DNA from: an uncultured Candidatus Berkelbacteria bacterium
GTDB lineage: Bacteria > Patescibacteriota > UBA1384 > XYA2-FULL-43-10 > CAINNR01
Direction of reading: 5' to 3'
NCBI GenBank assembly: GCA_903851235.1
Contig: CAINNR010000032.1
Span: 25-64,024, forward strand
DNA length: 64,000 nt
Below, one piece after another: positions 30,425 through 39,744 of the stretch; positions within the stretch are counted from its first letter, which is position 1; every line of letters begins with the position of its first letter. Under the pieces are notes generated by a model. It searched no databases, was not told the DNA's origin, and saw nothing but the letters and a program-made list of their open reading frames with translations. The translations under genes were made by a program, and so were the position numbers.

Positions 30425-30694
30425 ATCCGTCCGCAGCCTGATTGGTTGCGGCTTTTTTATCCCAAAATGGAAATTATCCTTTACCAGAATATACATTTTA
30501 CTTACAGATAAGAATTTTGGCAAAAAACTCTTGACAAAATGTAAAGTTTCCTTTACATTTTATATAGGAGCTGGAAACTATCATCGCTGGGTCACCACAT
30601 TCCGCTTTGATTGTCTGGCTCCAATAAATACTATTTAACAAATAAAAAGTAGCTCCCGAAATAAAATCGGGACGACAAAGAAATAAGGAGAATC

Positions 30695-32641
30695 ATGGGA
30701 AAGATTATCGGGATTGATCTTGGAACGACTAATTCGGCGGTTGCGGTAATGGAAGCCGGTGAAGCAAAAATTATTTCGACCTCAGAGGGTGGCAGAACTT
30801 GTCCGTCAGTTGTCGCCGAAAATAAAAAAGGCGAACGGCTGGTTGGTCAGTTGGCGAAACGTCAAGCGGTAACCAATTCGGAAAACACAATTTTTTCCGT
30901 TAAGCGTTTCATTGGTCGCAAATTTGATGATAAGGAATCACAGGACGATTTGAAAAAAATGCCGTATAAAACGATGAAAGCCGCCGACGGTTCGATTCGA
31001 GTCGTAATGAACGGCAAAGAGTATTCTCCTCAGGAGATTTCCGCCTTTATTTTGCAAAAATTAAAAACCGATGCCGAAACTTATCTTGGCGAAAAGGTTA
31101 CCGAGGCGGTTATTACCGTGCCGGCATATTTTAATGACTCGCAACGTCAGGCGACCACCGATGCCGGTAAAATTGCCGGGCTCGACGTAAAACGAATTAT
31201 TAACGAACCGACTGCCGCTGCGCTAGCTTACGGCCTGGAAAAGAATAAAAGTGAGAAAATCGCCGTTTACGATTTGGGTGGTGGAACTTTTGACATCACA
31301 ATTCTGGAGTTAGGCGACGGAGTTTTTGAGGTTAAATCAACCAATGGTGACACTCATTTGGGTGGTGATGATTTTGATCAGACAATCATGGATTACATCA
31401 TCGACGAATTTAAAAAGGATCAGGGTGTCGATTTGCATAATGATAAAGCGGCGATTCAGCGAGTTAAGGAAGCGGCGGAAAAAGCCAAGATCGAACTTTC
31501 CTCTTCAAACGAAACTGAGATCAACTTACCGTTCGTTACCGCTGACGCAAACGGTCCGAAACATCTGCAACTAAATCTCACACGCTCAAAACTTGAACAG
31601 TTGGTGGGAAATTTAATTGAAAAATCTTTGGTCCCATGCGAAAAGGTACTGTCGGACGCCAAACTTACGATTAAAGACATCGACGAAGTAGTTTTGGTTG
31701 GCGGTCAGACTCGAATGCCGGCGGTTCGTGCCGCTGTCAAAAAGTTTTTTGACAAGGAACCAAATCACTCGGTTAATCCGGACGAAGCGGTGGCTCTTGG
31801 CGCCGCGATTCAGGCCGGCGTGCTTGGTGGTGAAGTCAAGGACCTTCTGTTGTTGGATGTTACGCCGCTGTCGCTTGGAATTGAAACTTTAGGTGGTGTT
31901 AGCACCAAGTTAATCGAGCGAAATACAACAATCCCAACATCGAAATCGCAGGTTTTTTCAACCGCGGCCGATAATCAAACTCAAGTCGATATTCACGTTT
32001 TGCAGGGAGAGCGCGAAATGGCGGCTGATAGTAAAACCCTTGGCCGATTCATCTTAGACGGCATTCCACCGGCAGCGCGCGGTATTCCGCAAATTGAGGT
32101 TACTTTTGATATTGATGCCAACGGAATTGTCAATGTTTCCGCCAAAGACAAGGCGACCGGCAAAGAGCAAAAAATTACCATTACGGCGTCGTCCGGTTTG
32201 TCGAAAGAGGAAATTGAAAAGATGACGAAAGATGCTGAAGCTCACGCCGATGAAGATAAGAAAAAACGCGAGTTGATTGAGGCAAAAAACATGGCTGAAA
32301 GTTTAGTATATACTGCCGAAAAGACGATCAAGGATGCCGGTGACAAAGCCGATTCGAACAAAAAATCGGAAGTTGAAGAAAAAGTTAAAGCTTTGAAAGA
32401 TGTGATGAACGAGGAAAATGCAGAGGTGATCAAAAATGCGACTGAAGCATTATCAGCCTCACTTCAGGAGTTGGGTGCATCGATGTACAAACAGGCCGAA
32501 GCGGAACAACAAACATCCGCAGCCGGCGAAAAATCATCCGAAGAAACTTCAAACCAATCATCGAAGGGAAAGTCGACCGAGGAAACACCAGCAGAAAATA
32601 CAGACGAAAATGAAGCAAATAACTCCAATGGGACCAACTAG
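30695..32641 (+). CDS. dnaK: Molecular chaperone DnaK (Hsp70).
   Basis: 648 aa. '[14 protein letters not shown]' and 'DLGGGTFD' signatures. Confidence 0.95.
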   Translation: MGKIIGIDLGTTNSAVAVMEAGEAKIISTSEGGRTCPSVVAENKKGERLVGQLAKRQAVTNSENTIFSVKRFIGRKFDDKESQDDLKKMPYKTMKAADGSIRVVMNGKEYSPQEISAFILQKLKTDAETYLGEKVTEAVITVPAYFNDSQRQATTDAGKIAGLDVKRIINEPTAAALAYGLEKNKSEKIAVYDLGGGTFDITILELGDGVFEVKSTNGDTHLGGDDFDQTIMDYIIDEFKKDQGVDLHNDKAAIQRVKEAAEKAKIELSSSNETEINLPFVTADANGPKHLQLNLTRSKLEQLVGNLIEKSLVPCEKVLSDAKLTIKDIDEVVLVGGQTRMPAVRAAVKKFFDKEPNHSVNPDEAVALGAAIQAGVLGGEVKDLLLLDVTPLSLGIETLGGVSTKLIERNTTIPTSKSQVFSTAADNQTQVDIHVLQGEREMAADSKTLGRFILDGIPPAARGIPQIEVTFDIDANGIVNVSAKDKATGKEQKITITASSGLSKEEIEKMTKDAEAHADEDKKKRELIEAKNMAESLVYTAEKTIKDAGDKADSNKKSEVEEKVKALKDVMNEENAEVIKNATEALSASLQELGASMYKQAEAEQQTSAAGEKSSEETSNQSSKGKSTEETPAENTDENEANNSNGTN

Positions 32642-32700
32642 ACTGATTGAAATTTGCACCCAATAAAATTAATTGCTAGAATTATCTTATAAGGAGGGAA

Positions 32701-33366
32701 GTGTTGGATTTTTTCCGAAAACCGATTTTTCTGATAATTCTGGCCGCGGCCTTAATCGCCGCCGGTGTTTGGGCGTACATTTCCAACCGTGGAAGTCAAA
32801 CCACTTCCACTACAACCACTACAACCACAACGACTTCAACGACAACCGAGACGATAAGCAATTTAACCAACGCTGATGCCTCAACTTTGGCTGACGGCAT
32901 TGCCGCTCAGTTGGCATTGGCCGACGCCAAAGCGGCAGAAGTTGACAAGAAACTTCAACTAGCGGCGATCGAGGTCGATCTGCCGGCGACGATGGATCAA
33001 AATTCCGGCAGCACATACTATATATACACCTCAACCAGTGATACGCTGAACAATTGGGTAATTGCAATTTCCAATTCCGATAATAAGTTTGTTCGTTCCA
33101 GGACGGTCAAAGCCGATTATATGGGCAGTCTGACATCAATCAATCGAAGCTTTGTAAAAAACAATTTTGTCGCTGCCCTGCAAATTGCGGAAAAAAACGC
33201 TGGCAAAGATTTCCGTCAAGGAAACACAATCACCGGTGTAAAATTAACTCTGAAAAATGCCGATCCGAAAGGCTGGCTTTACTGGTTCGTCGATTATTCG
33301 ACATCAACTAATCAAAAAGAGATCCAAATCGACGCTTCAACCGGTGCAGTTGTTCCAGCCAGTTAA
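32701..33366 (+). CDS. Membrane-anchored or secreted protein with a poly-Thr linker, hypothetical.
   Basis: N-terminal TM segment, then a TTSTTTTTTTTTSTTTE linker and a globular domain. It sits between dnaK and the J-protein. Confidence 0.5.
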   Translation: MLDFFRKPIFLIILAAALIAAGVWAYISNRGSQTTSTTTTTTTTTSTTTETISNLTNADASTLADGIAAQLALADAKAAEVDKKLQLAAIEVDLPATMDQNSGSTYYIYTSTSDTLNNWVIAISNSDNKFVRSRTVKADYMGSLTSINRSFVKNNFVAALQIAEKNAGKDFRQGNTITGVKLTLKNADPKGWLYWFVDYSTSTNQKEIQIDASTGAVVPAS

Positions 33367-33412
33367 TTACTCTAGTTAAATATTTTGAGACAACAGCTCA
33401 AAGGCTGTTTTT

Positions 33413-34039
33413 ATGATGGCAAGCGATTATTACAAAATTCTAGGCGTTTCTAAAACCGCCGGCATAGATGAAATTAAAAAAGCTTACAGAAAGCTGGCTT
33501 TGCAGTACCATCCCGATCGTGGCGGTGACGAAGCGACAGCGGAAAAATTTAAAGAAGTGTCCGAAGCCTATCAAGTGCTCTCGGATCCTGAGAAGCGTTC
33601 ACAGTATGATCAATTCGGCCGAACGGATTTTTCCGCCGCTGGAAATCAGGCTGGTTTTGGCGGATTTCAAGGTGGATTTGAAAATATGGATTTCGATTTT
33701 GGCGGTTTTGGCGGATTGGGTGACATCTTCGAAAACTTTTTTGGTCAAGCGTTTTCACAAGTTCAGGCGGAGATTAAAATTACTCCGGCTCAAGCGGTTA
33801 TTGGCGACAAATTGGAGGCCAATATCGGTGGCGAAAAAATAAAATTTGATATTCCGGCTGGTGTTCAAGACGGTCAAGCATTTCGATTTCCCGGCCGTGG
33901 TAGAGCTCATAACAACGGACGTGGCGATCTTATCCTCACTGTTCGGATCGAAATGCCCCGGCACATTTCAAAGGAACAGCGGGAGCTTTGGCAGAAACTT
34001 CGTGAATCGGAAAGCAAAAAACACAGTTGGTGGAATTAA
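33413..34039 (+). CDS. J-domain co-chaperone (a DnaJ/CbpA-like protein without the zinc-finger domain).
   Basis: '[36 protein letters not shown]' (HPD motif) and a G/F-rich region. No CxxCxGxG repeats. Confidence 0.8.
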   Translation: MMASDYYKILGVSKTAGIDEIKKAYRKLALQYHPDRGGDEATAEKFKEVSEAYQVLSDPEKRSQYDQFGRTDFSAAGNQAGFGGFQGGFENMDFDFGGFGGLGDIFENFFGQAFSQVQAEIKITPAQAVIGDKLEANIGGEKIKFDIPAGVQDGQAFRFPGRGRAHNNGRGDLILTVRIEMPRHISKEQRELWQKLRESESKKHSWWN

Positions 34040-34094
34040 AATTATTAATTAAATCAATCAAAAAAGGACGGCTGAAATTGCCGCCCTGTGTGTT

Positions 34095-34595
34095 TTAATA
34101 AAAACGTATCAAGCGTTCAGCCCTGTAGTTCGGACCATGAACTTCGACTCCAATGCTGACAAACTCGTGCGCAGTCTGAGCAATGAAATTGCCATCCTGT
34201 TGCATCCAGAGTCCGACTATCTCGTCAATTGCAATTTGCTGCTGTTCAACCCCGGGATAATATTGGCTATTTGGATTGCCGACAATCCGGTCTTGCCAAC
34301 AGCGGATGGTTTCAGGTTTGTCGGGATACAGATGAACTAGAAAGATTCCCGAATCCAAAATTTCGGCGACTGCTTCTTTCATATCAGCGACTCCGGGGCA
34401 TGGATGAAGCTGATCTAAAAATGGAGATCGGAAATATCCTATACCGCCGCCTTCAAACTCTTCGAGAAAGGTTGTTTTGCATTTATGCTCTCGGCCACAA
34501 AGTTGGCAAACAAACTCTCCAATGTGCTCTTGTTTCATCCAAATATGATTTGCTCCCCGCCACCTCCAACCGCAACAGTCGCAGTGATTCCACAT
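34095..34595 (-). CDS. Hypothetical protein with an N-terminal CxxC...CxxC ribbon; GC-richer than its neighbours.
   Basis: 166-aa ORF with no recognisable family. Confidence 0.4.
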   Translation of the reverse strand: MWNHCDCCGWRWRGANHIWMKQEHIGEFVCQLCGREHKCKTTFLEEFEGGGIGYFRSPFLDQLHPCPGVADMKEAVAEILDSGIFLVHLYPDKPETIRCWQDRIVGNPNSQYYPGVEQQQIAIDEIVGLWMQQDGNFIAQTAHEFVSIGVEVHGPNYRAERLIRFY

Positions 34596-34663
34596 TGTTA
34601 CCCCTCCTGTGTTGTTTTGTGTCGGACAGGGGAATCATATCAAAAAAATATTTTTTTTTAAAA

Positions 34664-34693
34664 TCAAAAAAAGACGGCCAGTGGTCGGCCGTC
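34664..34693 (-). terminator. Intrinsic terminator of the 34692-35453 gene.
   Basis: gacggccgaccactggccgtc followed by tttttttt on the minus strand. Confidence 0.6.
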
Positions 34694-35453
34694 ATCGGTT
34701 GATGATTTCTTGGTGAGGAATGCGTGATTCGGCGATCACCGCTCCGGTCATTGTCGTCTGATCGGTATTTTCTGCGATCAGAACTTCTGCACTTTGTTGT
34801 AATTGATCTGCAACCGAAAGGTCTTTGCCGATTCGGTCGTTTGAGCAGTGGAAAGTTTTTGCCCAGTCATCAGCTTGTTGCTGGAGTATGATCAGCTGAT
34901 TTTCCAAATGTTCCATTGTTTTTTGTGACCGTTGAATTTCTGTATCAATTGATGGAATTCTAGACATCAACAGAGAGTTTCTTGACCTGTCACAGACTTT
35001 TCGGTCAAGATTCAAGTTGCCAATTGCTTTTTTCAACTTTCTGATGGATTTTTCTGTCTCTCGGATTTGTTCCATTAGACTTCTGTCCATTGGGTTTTTA
35101 TATCTCTGATTCCACGAATGCAACTTCCACTGGAACAGTCGCCAGCAGATTCGCGGGCTGAAGCGGAGGAGTTGGCGAAACAGCGGAACAAGAACAAAGT
35201 CGTAGAGCACGATCTGAATCATTCCGGGAAGTAATATTAACCACATGAAAGTGATAGGTCCTGGGCCGGGATCAGCCGAAAAGTCTGCAAGTCCATTCTT
35301 GCCCCATGGACTCTCCCCCTCTTTGGTCTCATCATATCGAAAATACCATGCGGCAATTGTTGTAATCAGAGACCAAATACCCAGTACACACATCCACCAA
35401 CTCATCAACATCACCTCTCTTACTGAGATACTTGAACCACTAAATATTATCAC
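34692..35453 (-). CDS. Membrane-anchored coiled-coil protein, hypothetical (paralog A).
   Basis: It shares an 'ILLPGMIQIVLYDFVLVPLFRQLLRFSPRICWR' block and about 100 bp of near-identical DNA with the next gene. Confidence 0.55.
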   Translation of the reverse strand: MIIFSGSSISVREVMLMSWWMCVLGIWSLITTIAAWYFRYDETKEGESPWGKNGLADFSADPGPGPITFMWLILLPGMIQIVLYDFVLVPLFRQLLRFSPRICWRLFQWKLHSWNQRYKNPMDRSLMEQIRETEKSIRKLKKAIGNLNLDRKVCDRSRNSLLMSRIPSIDTEIQRSQKTMEHLENQLIILQQQADDWAKTFHCSNDRIGKDLSVADQLQQSAEVLIAENTDQTTMTGAVIAESRIPHQEIINR

Positions 35454-35542
35454 GATTTTATTTTTTTGTCAAGATTTTCATTCACGATAATTAATTACCA
35501 ATAAAAAAAAGACGGCCAGCTTCGGCCGTCATTTGATAGTTG

Positions 35543-36235
35543 CTAGTGTTGTTCACCGCAAACTTTCGCTCTTGCCGCCTTTGTGGCGGTAAGTTTGTCA
35601 TCGATTTCTCGTGCAACTTCATCTGATATTTCCAAGAGTTCGTCAGCATTCAAAACGTCGTTCATGATTAAATCGCTGGGCCGAAAAAGTTCGAGGTGTT
35701 CAAGTTTTGCCGCTTCAATTTTTTGTAATTGAAGCTGTTGATCGGCAATTCTCTGGCGAAGATGTTTAATATCAGCTTCAACTTTTTCTAGCAATGCCTT
35801 GCGGGGAGTCTTCAAGCCTTCCAGAATCGCTCGATCAACCATAAGTGCTTTGATCCTGCTCTCCATTTTTGTGATTAGAGACTGAATTGATCTGGTGCAC
35901 TCATCGAATGAATCGGTTGAAACCTTGTTTTTTGCTCTAACGCGCCGTCCACCACGCCAAAGCTGAAACTTCCGCCAGCAGATTCGTGGGCTGAAGCGGA
36001 GGAGTTGGCGAAACAGCGGAGCAAGAACAAAGTCGTACAGCGCGATCTGGATAATTCCAGGAAAGATTATTAGCCAAAGGAAGCCTAACAACACGTCATA
36101 ATCAGGTGAAAAATCTATAAGGCCGCCATTGCCCCATATATTGCCTTTCTCTCTGACCGAAATATGCCGAAGCCACCATGCGGCAGCTGTCGCAACCAGC
36201 AACCAAATGGCTAATCCTGGCATCCACCAGACCAT
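35543..36235 (-). CDS. Membrane-anchored coiled-coil protein, hypothetical (paralog B).
   Basis: 'IIFPGIIQIALYDFVLAPLFRQLLRFSPRICWR'. Its own terminator at 35503-35530 resembles the paralog A terminator. Confidence 0.55.
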   Translation of the reverse strand: MVWWMPGLAIWLLVATAAAWWLRHISVREKGNIWGNGGLIDFSPDYDVLLGFLWLIIFPGIIQIALYDFVLAPLFRQLLRFSPRICWRKFQLWRGGRRVRAKNKVSTDSFDECTRSIQSLITKMESRIKALMVDRAILEGLKTPRKALLEKVEADIKHLRQRIADQQLQLQKIEAAKLEHLELFRPSDLIMNDVLNADELLEISDEVAREIDDKLTATKAARAKVCGEQH

Positions 36236-36328
36236 TACTACATCACCTCTCTCACTGAGATACTTAAGCCACTAAATATTAGCACGATTTTATTTTCTCG
36301 TCAAGATTTCTTTATCAAATTCTTGAAT

Positions 36329-37237
36329 TTAAATTTTTTCAATCACCCGCATTTTGGCACTACGGGAACGGGGATTCTCTCTAACATCATCATCAGTCGC
36401 TATGAGAGGTTTTTTTGTGAGTACTTTAAACTCCTCCGGATGCGCGTTTTCCAAATTACGAAAAGTGTGTTTGACAATTCTGTCTTCAAGTGAGTGGAAG
36501 GAGATAATTATCAGTCGGCCATTTTTGTTCAACGATTCAACTGCTGCTGGGATAAACTGTTCCAAAACTTGAAGCTCATTATTAACCTCAATCCGCAAAG
36601 CTTGAAAAACTCGCGTCGCAAAGTGAATGCGCGAGCCGAAGCGGTATTTCGGCGGTGTCGCAGCTTTAATAATTTCAACCAGTTTGGCCGTTGTTTTAAT
36701 TGCTGTTTTTTTTCGCTCCTCTATTATCTTTTTGGCGATCTGTCGCGAGTATTTTTCCTCACCGAATTTATAAAAAATATCGGCCAGCTTTTTTTCATCA
36801 TAATAATTTACAATTTCACCGGCAGTTTCTTCGGCATTTTGGTTCATCCGCATATCAAGCGAAGCGTCGGATTGAAAGGAGAATCCTCGCTCGGGATTAT
36901 CAAGTTGATAGCTGGAAACGCCAAGATCAAGCAAAATACCGTCAATTTTGTCAATTTTTTTGCTCGCCAATATTTCCGCTAAATTTGAATAGTTGTCGTG
37001 AACAAAAATTATTTTATCAGCGATTTTTTTCAGATTTTTTTTGGCGGCAATAATCGCTTCCAAATCTTGGTCAATTCCGATTATTTGACATTTGAAATTA
37101 GAAATTTGACATTTTCGAAGCAACGCTTCGCTGTGTCCGCCGCCACCCAAAGTGCCATCGACAAAAATGCCATTATTTTTTAATGGCATATACTCCAAAA
37201 CCTTGTTTAGTAGTACCGGTTGGTGATTAAATTCCAT
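36329..37237 (-). CDS. rsmH: 16S rRNA (cytosine1402-N4)-methyltransferase RsmH (MraW).
   Basis: 'PVLLNKVLEYMPLKNNGIFVDGTLGGGGHSEALL' is the canonical RsmH N-terminus. Confidence 0.9.
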   Translation of the reverse strand: MEFNHQPVLLNKVLEYMPLKNNGIFVDGTLGGGGHSEALLRKCQISNFKCQIIGIDQDLEAIIAAKKNLKKIADKIIFVHDNYSNLAEILASKKIDKIDGILLDLGVSSYQLDNPERGFSFQSDASLDMRMNQNAEETAGEIVNYYDEKKLADIFYKFGEEKYSRQIAKKIIEERKKTAIKTTAKLVEIIKAATPPKYRFGSRIHFATRVFQALRIEVNNELQVLEQFIPAAVESLNKNGRLIIISFHSLEDRIVKHTFRNLENAHPEEFKVLTKKPLIATDDDVRENPRSRSAKMRVIEKI

Positions 37238-37337
37238 AGTTTTAAATTAGCAGAAAAAGCCGAGATTTGATAGTGGATGGACCGGCAGTGCAGAGACTTG
37301 AATTTATTAACCAAAAATGATAAAGTATTTGTGTTAC

Positions 37338-37413
37338 GGGGTCGTAGTGTAGTGGTTATCACGTCTCCCTGTCACGGAGAAGATCGCCGGTTCGAGTCCG
37401 GTCGACCCCGCCA
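37338..37413 (+). tRNA. tRNA-Asp (anticodon GTC). It marks the left boundary of the cassette array.
   Basis: Acceptor ggggtcg/cgacccc, anticodon stem-loop tctcc-ctGTCac-ggaga, T-arm ccggt-tcgagtc-cggt, discriminator g, CCA. A TTGAAT-17-TAAAGT promoter lies upstream. Confidence 0.85.
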
Positions 37414-37476
37414 TTAAAATTAGTCGCTATCAGAGCGTCTTTTTTTGTATCAGGCAGACCGGATGCAGAACTTTTG
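37411..37476 (+). repeat. Boundary element E0: the tRNA-Asp 3' end, its downstream hairpin, T-tract and the right inverted repeat. This is the template that every later boundary element copies.
   Basis: ccattaaaattagtcgctatcagagcgtctttttttgtatcaggcagaccggatgcagaacttttg. Confidence 0.75.
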
Positions 37477-37525
37477 TATTTCTGAATACTAATCAGGTTT
37501 CATTTTATTGCATTGATCTCTAAGT

Positions 37526-38245
37526 TTGGATATTATTGAGGTTATGATAGATGGAATAAAACAGAAATTACTAGATATAAGCCAACCTTGCCCAGAGCGA
37601 GACCGCGTTTTTGTTCTGAAATATTTGGGTACCAACAAAGAATATCTGAACATACCGGCGCCAGCCAGAGATAAAATTATTTCAAAGGTTATTGTCGAAA
37701 CTTCCGATCTTCCGCCAGAAAAGATTATCGAAATTCTAGATGAATTATTTAGTTCCGGGATTTATGACTACATAAATTTTGCGGGAAAATTTCTTTCAAA
37801 AAATAAAACCATTCGCAATTTTATCTCCCTTGATCAGCTTGAAAGTTGGATTGCGCAAACAAAGGGTTGGGCCGAGTGTGATAGTATATGTCAGTCTATG
37901 TTTGGCGGGGTTGAAGTATTAGACCGTTGGAAAGAATGGGCGAGAGCTATCAAAGAGTTTTCCAGTAGCGACAATATTCAAATTCGCAGAGCAAGTCTAG
38001 TTCTGCAAACTCGACCAGCCAGAGAAGTTACTGACTTAAATTTCAGACGGTTGGCATTTATAACCATTGAAAAATTGATGGATGAAAGGGATATTTTAAT
38101 TACTAAAGCAATATCCTGGCTCTTACGAGACCTTTCTATCAAAAACAAAACTGAAGTTAGAAAATTTTTGAAAACAAATCAATCAGTTCTTCCAGCGATT
38201 GCATACCGAGAAACAATGAAGAAGATTGAAACGGGGAAAAAGTAG
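37526..38245 (+). CDS. Cassette 1: DNA alkylation repair enzyme-like (AlkD/AlkC HEAT-like repeat family). Tentative.
   Basis: 239-aa all-helical ORF. Its length and the C-terminal 'ISWLLRDLS...REAMK'-like pattern fit pfam DNA_alkylation. Confidence 0.45.
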   Translation: MDIIEVMIDGIKQKLLDISQPCPERDRVFVLKYLGTNKEYLNIPAPARDKIISKVIVETSDLPPEKIIEILDELFSSGIYDYINFAGKFLSKNKTIRNFISLDQLESWIAQTKGWAECDSICQSMFGGVEVLDRWKEWARAIKEFSSSDNIQIRRASLVLQTRPAREVTDLNFRRLAFITIEKLMDERDILITKAISWLLRDLSIKNKTEVRKFLKTNQSVLPAIAYRETMKKIETGKK

Positions 38246-38273
38246 CGATAACAAAAAACGGCTAGCAATTGAT

Positions 38274-38370
38274 CAAAAAAGTTCTAACATCGTTCGCTAT
38301 TTCCCGCCAGCAAACCGAATGATGTTAGAACTATTCGGTTTAATCGCTCTAGAAGCGATTTTTTTGTTGT
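38274..38370 (+). repeat. Boundary element E1: perfect 11-bp inverted repeats, a tRNA-3' mimic and a terminator.
   Basis: caaaaaaGTTCTAACATC-gttcgctatttcccgcca-...GATGTTAGAAC, then aatcgctctagaagcgattttttt. Confidence 0.8.
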
Positions 38371-38426
38371 GCGCCAGGGCTGAAATAAACTAACTAAACA
38401 TAGAGTTTCAAACAGTCATCGACATA

Positions 38427-38455
38427 TTGACATTTATTAATTAATATGATATTAT
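38427..38455 (+). promoter_or_regulatory. Consensus promoter of cassette 2; leaderless mRNA.
   Basis: TTGACA, 17 nt, TATTAT, with the ATG at 38463 seven nt after the -10. Confidence 0.6.
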
Positions 38456-38462
38456 GCTCATA

Positions 38463-38723
38463 ATGACCACTCAGAAGGAGACTGACATGACACTGCTTGA
38501 GTTCGTGAAGATGTTGGGGACGATCATGATCCGTGCGATCTTTGACGTTGTCCGGCCTCTCTCGCCGATCATCGGCGCGTTGGCCTTGATTGGGTTCGTC
38601 GTCGAGATCGTCCGGCACCATAGTACATCGTGGGAGCTTGCGCTGTCAGCGTTAGCCCTTGGCGCCATGGCTTACCTGACGCGGCGGCCTGAGCTGCGCG
38701 GGTACACAATGTTCCCGAATTGA
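38463..38723 (+). CDS. Cassette 2: small GC-rich membrane protein, hypothetical.
   Basis: MTTQKETDMTLLEF..., two predicted TM helices. Terminator at 38782-38826. Confidence 0.5.
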   Translation: MTTQKETDMTLLEFVKMLGTIMIRAIFDVVRPLSPIIGALALIGFVVEIVRHHSTSWELALSALALGAMAYLTRRPELRGYTMFPN

Positions 38724-38830
38724 CCGCGCCCCCGCTAGGGCAGGTCACAAACCCATCCCCAATACTCTTCAGTTGCGGGGAAGGACCAGAGCAATCAAAA
38801 CATTGATTTTTCTGGTCCTTTTTTAAATCA

Positions 38831-38931
38831 CAATAGTTCTAACGTCATTCGCTATCTCCCGCCATTTAAATTAGTCGCTCTTATAGCGTCTATTTTTTGT
38901 TACGGCAGACCGAATGTAGAACTTTTTATTG
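38831..38931 (+). repeat. Boundary element E2.
   Basis: caatagttctaac...cgctatctcccgccattt...agtcgctcttatagcgtctattttttgttacggcagaccgaatgtagaacttttt. Confidence 0.8.
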
Positions 38932-38982
38932 AGTGTTAACTTTCGAATTAGAATTTTTAACGGTGATGTATCTGAAATCCAG

Positions 38983-39011
38983 TTGACAAACATATTAAAA
39001 GTTGATTATAT
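38983..39011 (+). promoter_or_regulatory. Consensus promoter of cassette 3; leaderless mRNA.
   Basis: TTGACA, 17 nt, TTATAT, with the ATG six nt downstream. Confidence 0.55.
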
Positions 39012-39017
39012 AAGCGT

Positions 39018-39710
39018 ATGCAAGAAAAAGTCTCCAAAATAAAAAAATATTACGACAATCCTGATCAATATCTGGCGGAACATAAGGATTTTTTTTCTAT
39101 CCATAATCCCGAAAAAGATGTGGATTTTTTAATAAAAGTATTGGAAATTGAAAAAAGCGATAATATTCTTGACATAACTTGCGGTCAGGGACGACACACG
39201 ACTGAACTAGCAAAAAGAGGTTATACAGTAAGTGGTGTTGATTTTTCTTCTTCTCTTATTGACGAAGCAAAACAAATAGCTATCGATGCTAATATTAAAT
39301 CACAGTATTATATCCAGAATATCGAGTCACTTAAGTTACCATCAAAGTTTGATATGGCATATTGGTTTTTCTCTGATTTTGCCAACATTGACCTTGCATC
39401 GGCAATAAAATCTATTTCTAATCAGCTCAATCCCGGCGCTAGAGTCCTATTCGATTCAGATAGTCTTTTCCGAATTGTAAGTCATTTGCAAAATAATCCG
39501 GACTCTCCATACAAATTTGACCCAAAGTTACTTCAGTTAATAGACAATTCTCTCGGTCTTAGCATCCCTTATCCAACTTTCCTTATGTGGCAAGATTGGT
39601 TGAACAAAAATGAACTTGAGATTATTAATGTTTGGGGAAATTACGATCTCTCATCTTATGATATTAAAAGTCCTCGTCTGATCATTTTAGCTAATAAAAA
39701 AGCTGCTTAA
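39018..39710 (+). CDS. Cassette 3: class I SAM-dependent methyltransferase.
   Basis: Motif I 'ILDITCGQGRHTTELAKRGYTVSGVDFS'. Confidence 0.75.
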   Translation: MQEKVSKIKKYYDNPDQYLAEHKDFFSIHNPEKDVDFLIKVLEIEKSDNILDITCGQGRHTTELAKRGYTVSGVDFSSSLIDEAKQIAIDANIKSQYYIQNIESLKLPSKFDMAYWFFSDFANIDLASAIKSISNQLNPGARVLFDSDSLFRIVSHLQNNPDSPYKFDPKLLQLIDNSLGLSIPYPTFLMWQDWLNKNELEIINVWGNYDLSSYDIKSPRLIILANKKAA

Positions 39711-39744
39711 GTCAGAATCGACCTAAACAGCTTGTAGTTCTCCG

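Noticed and set aside
37238-37340. Looked for an integron integrase or attI next to the first cassette.
   Set aside because: Only rsmH (minus strand) and a tRNA promoter are present. No recombinase gene lies anywhere in the window, so the array cannot be called a complete integron from this sequence.
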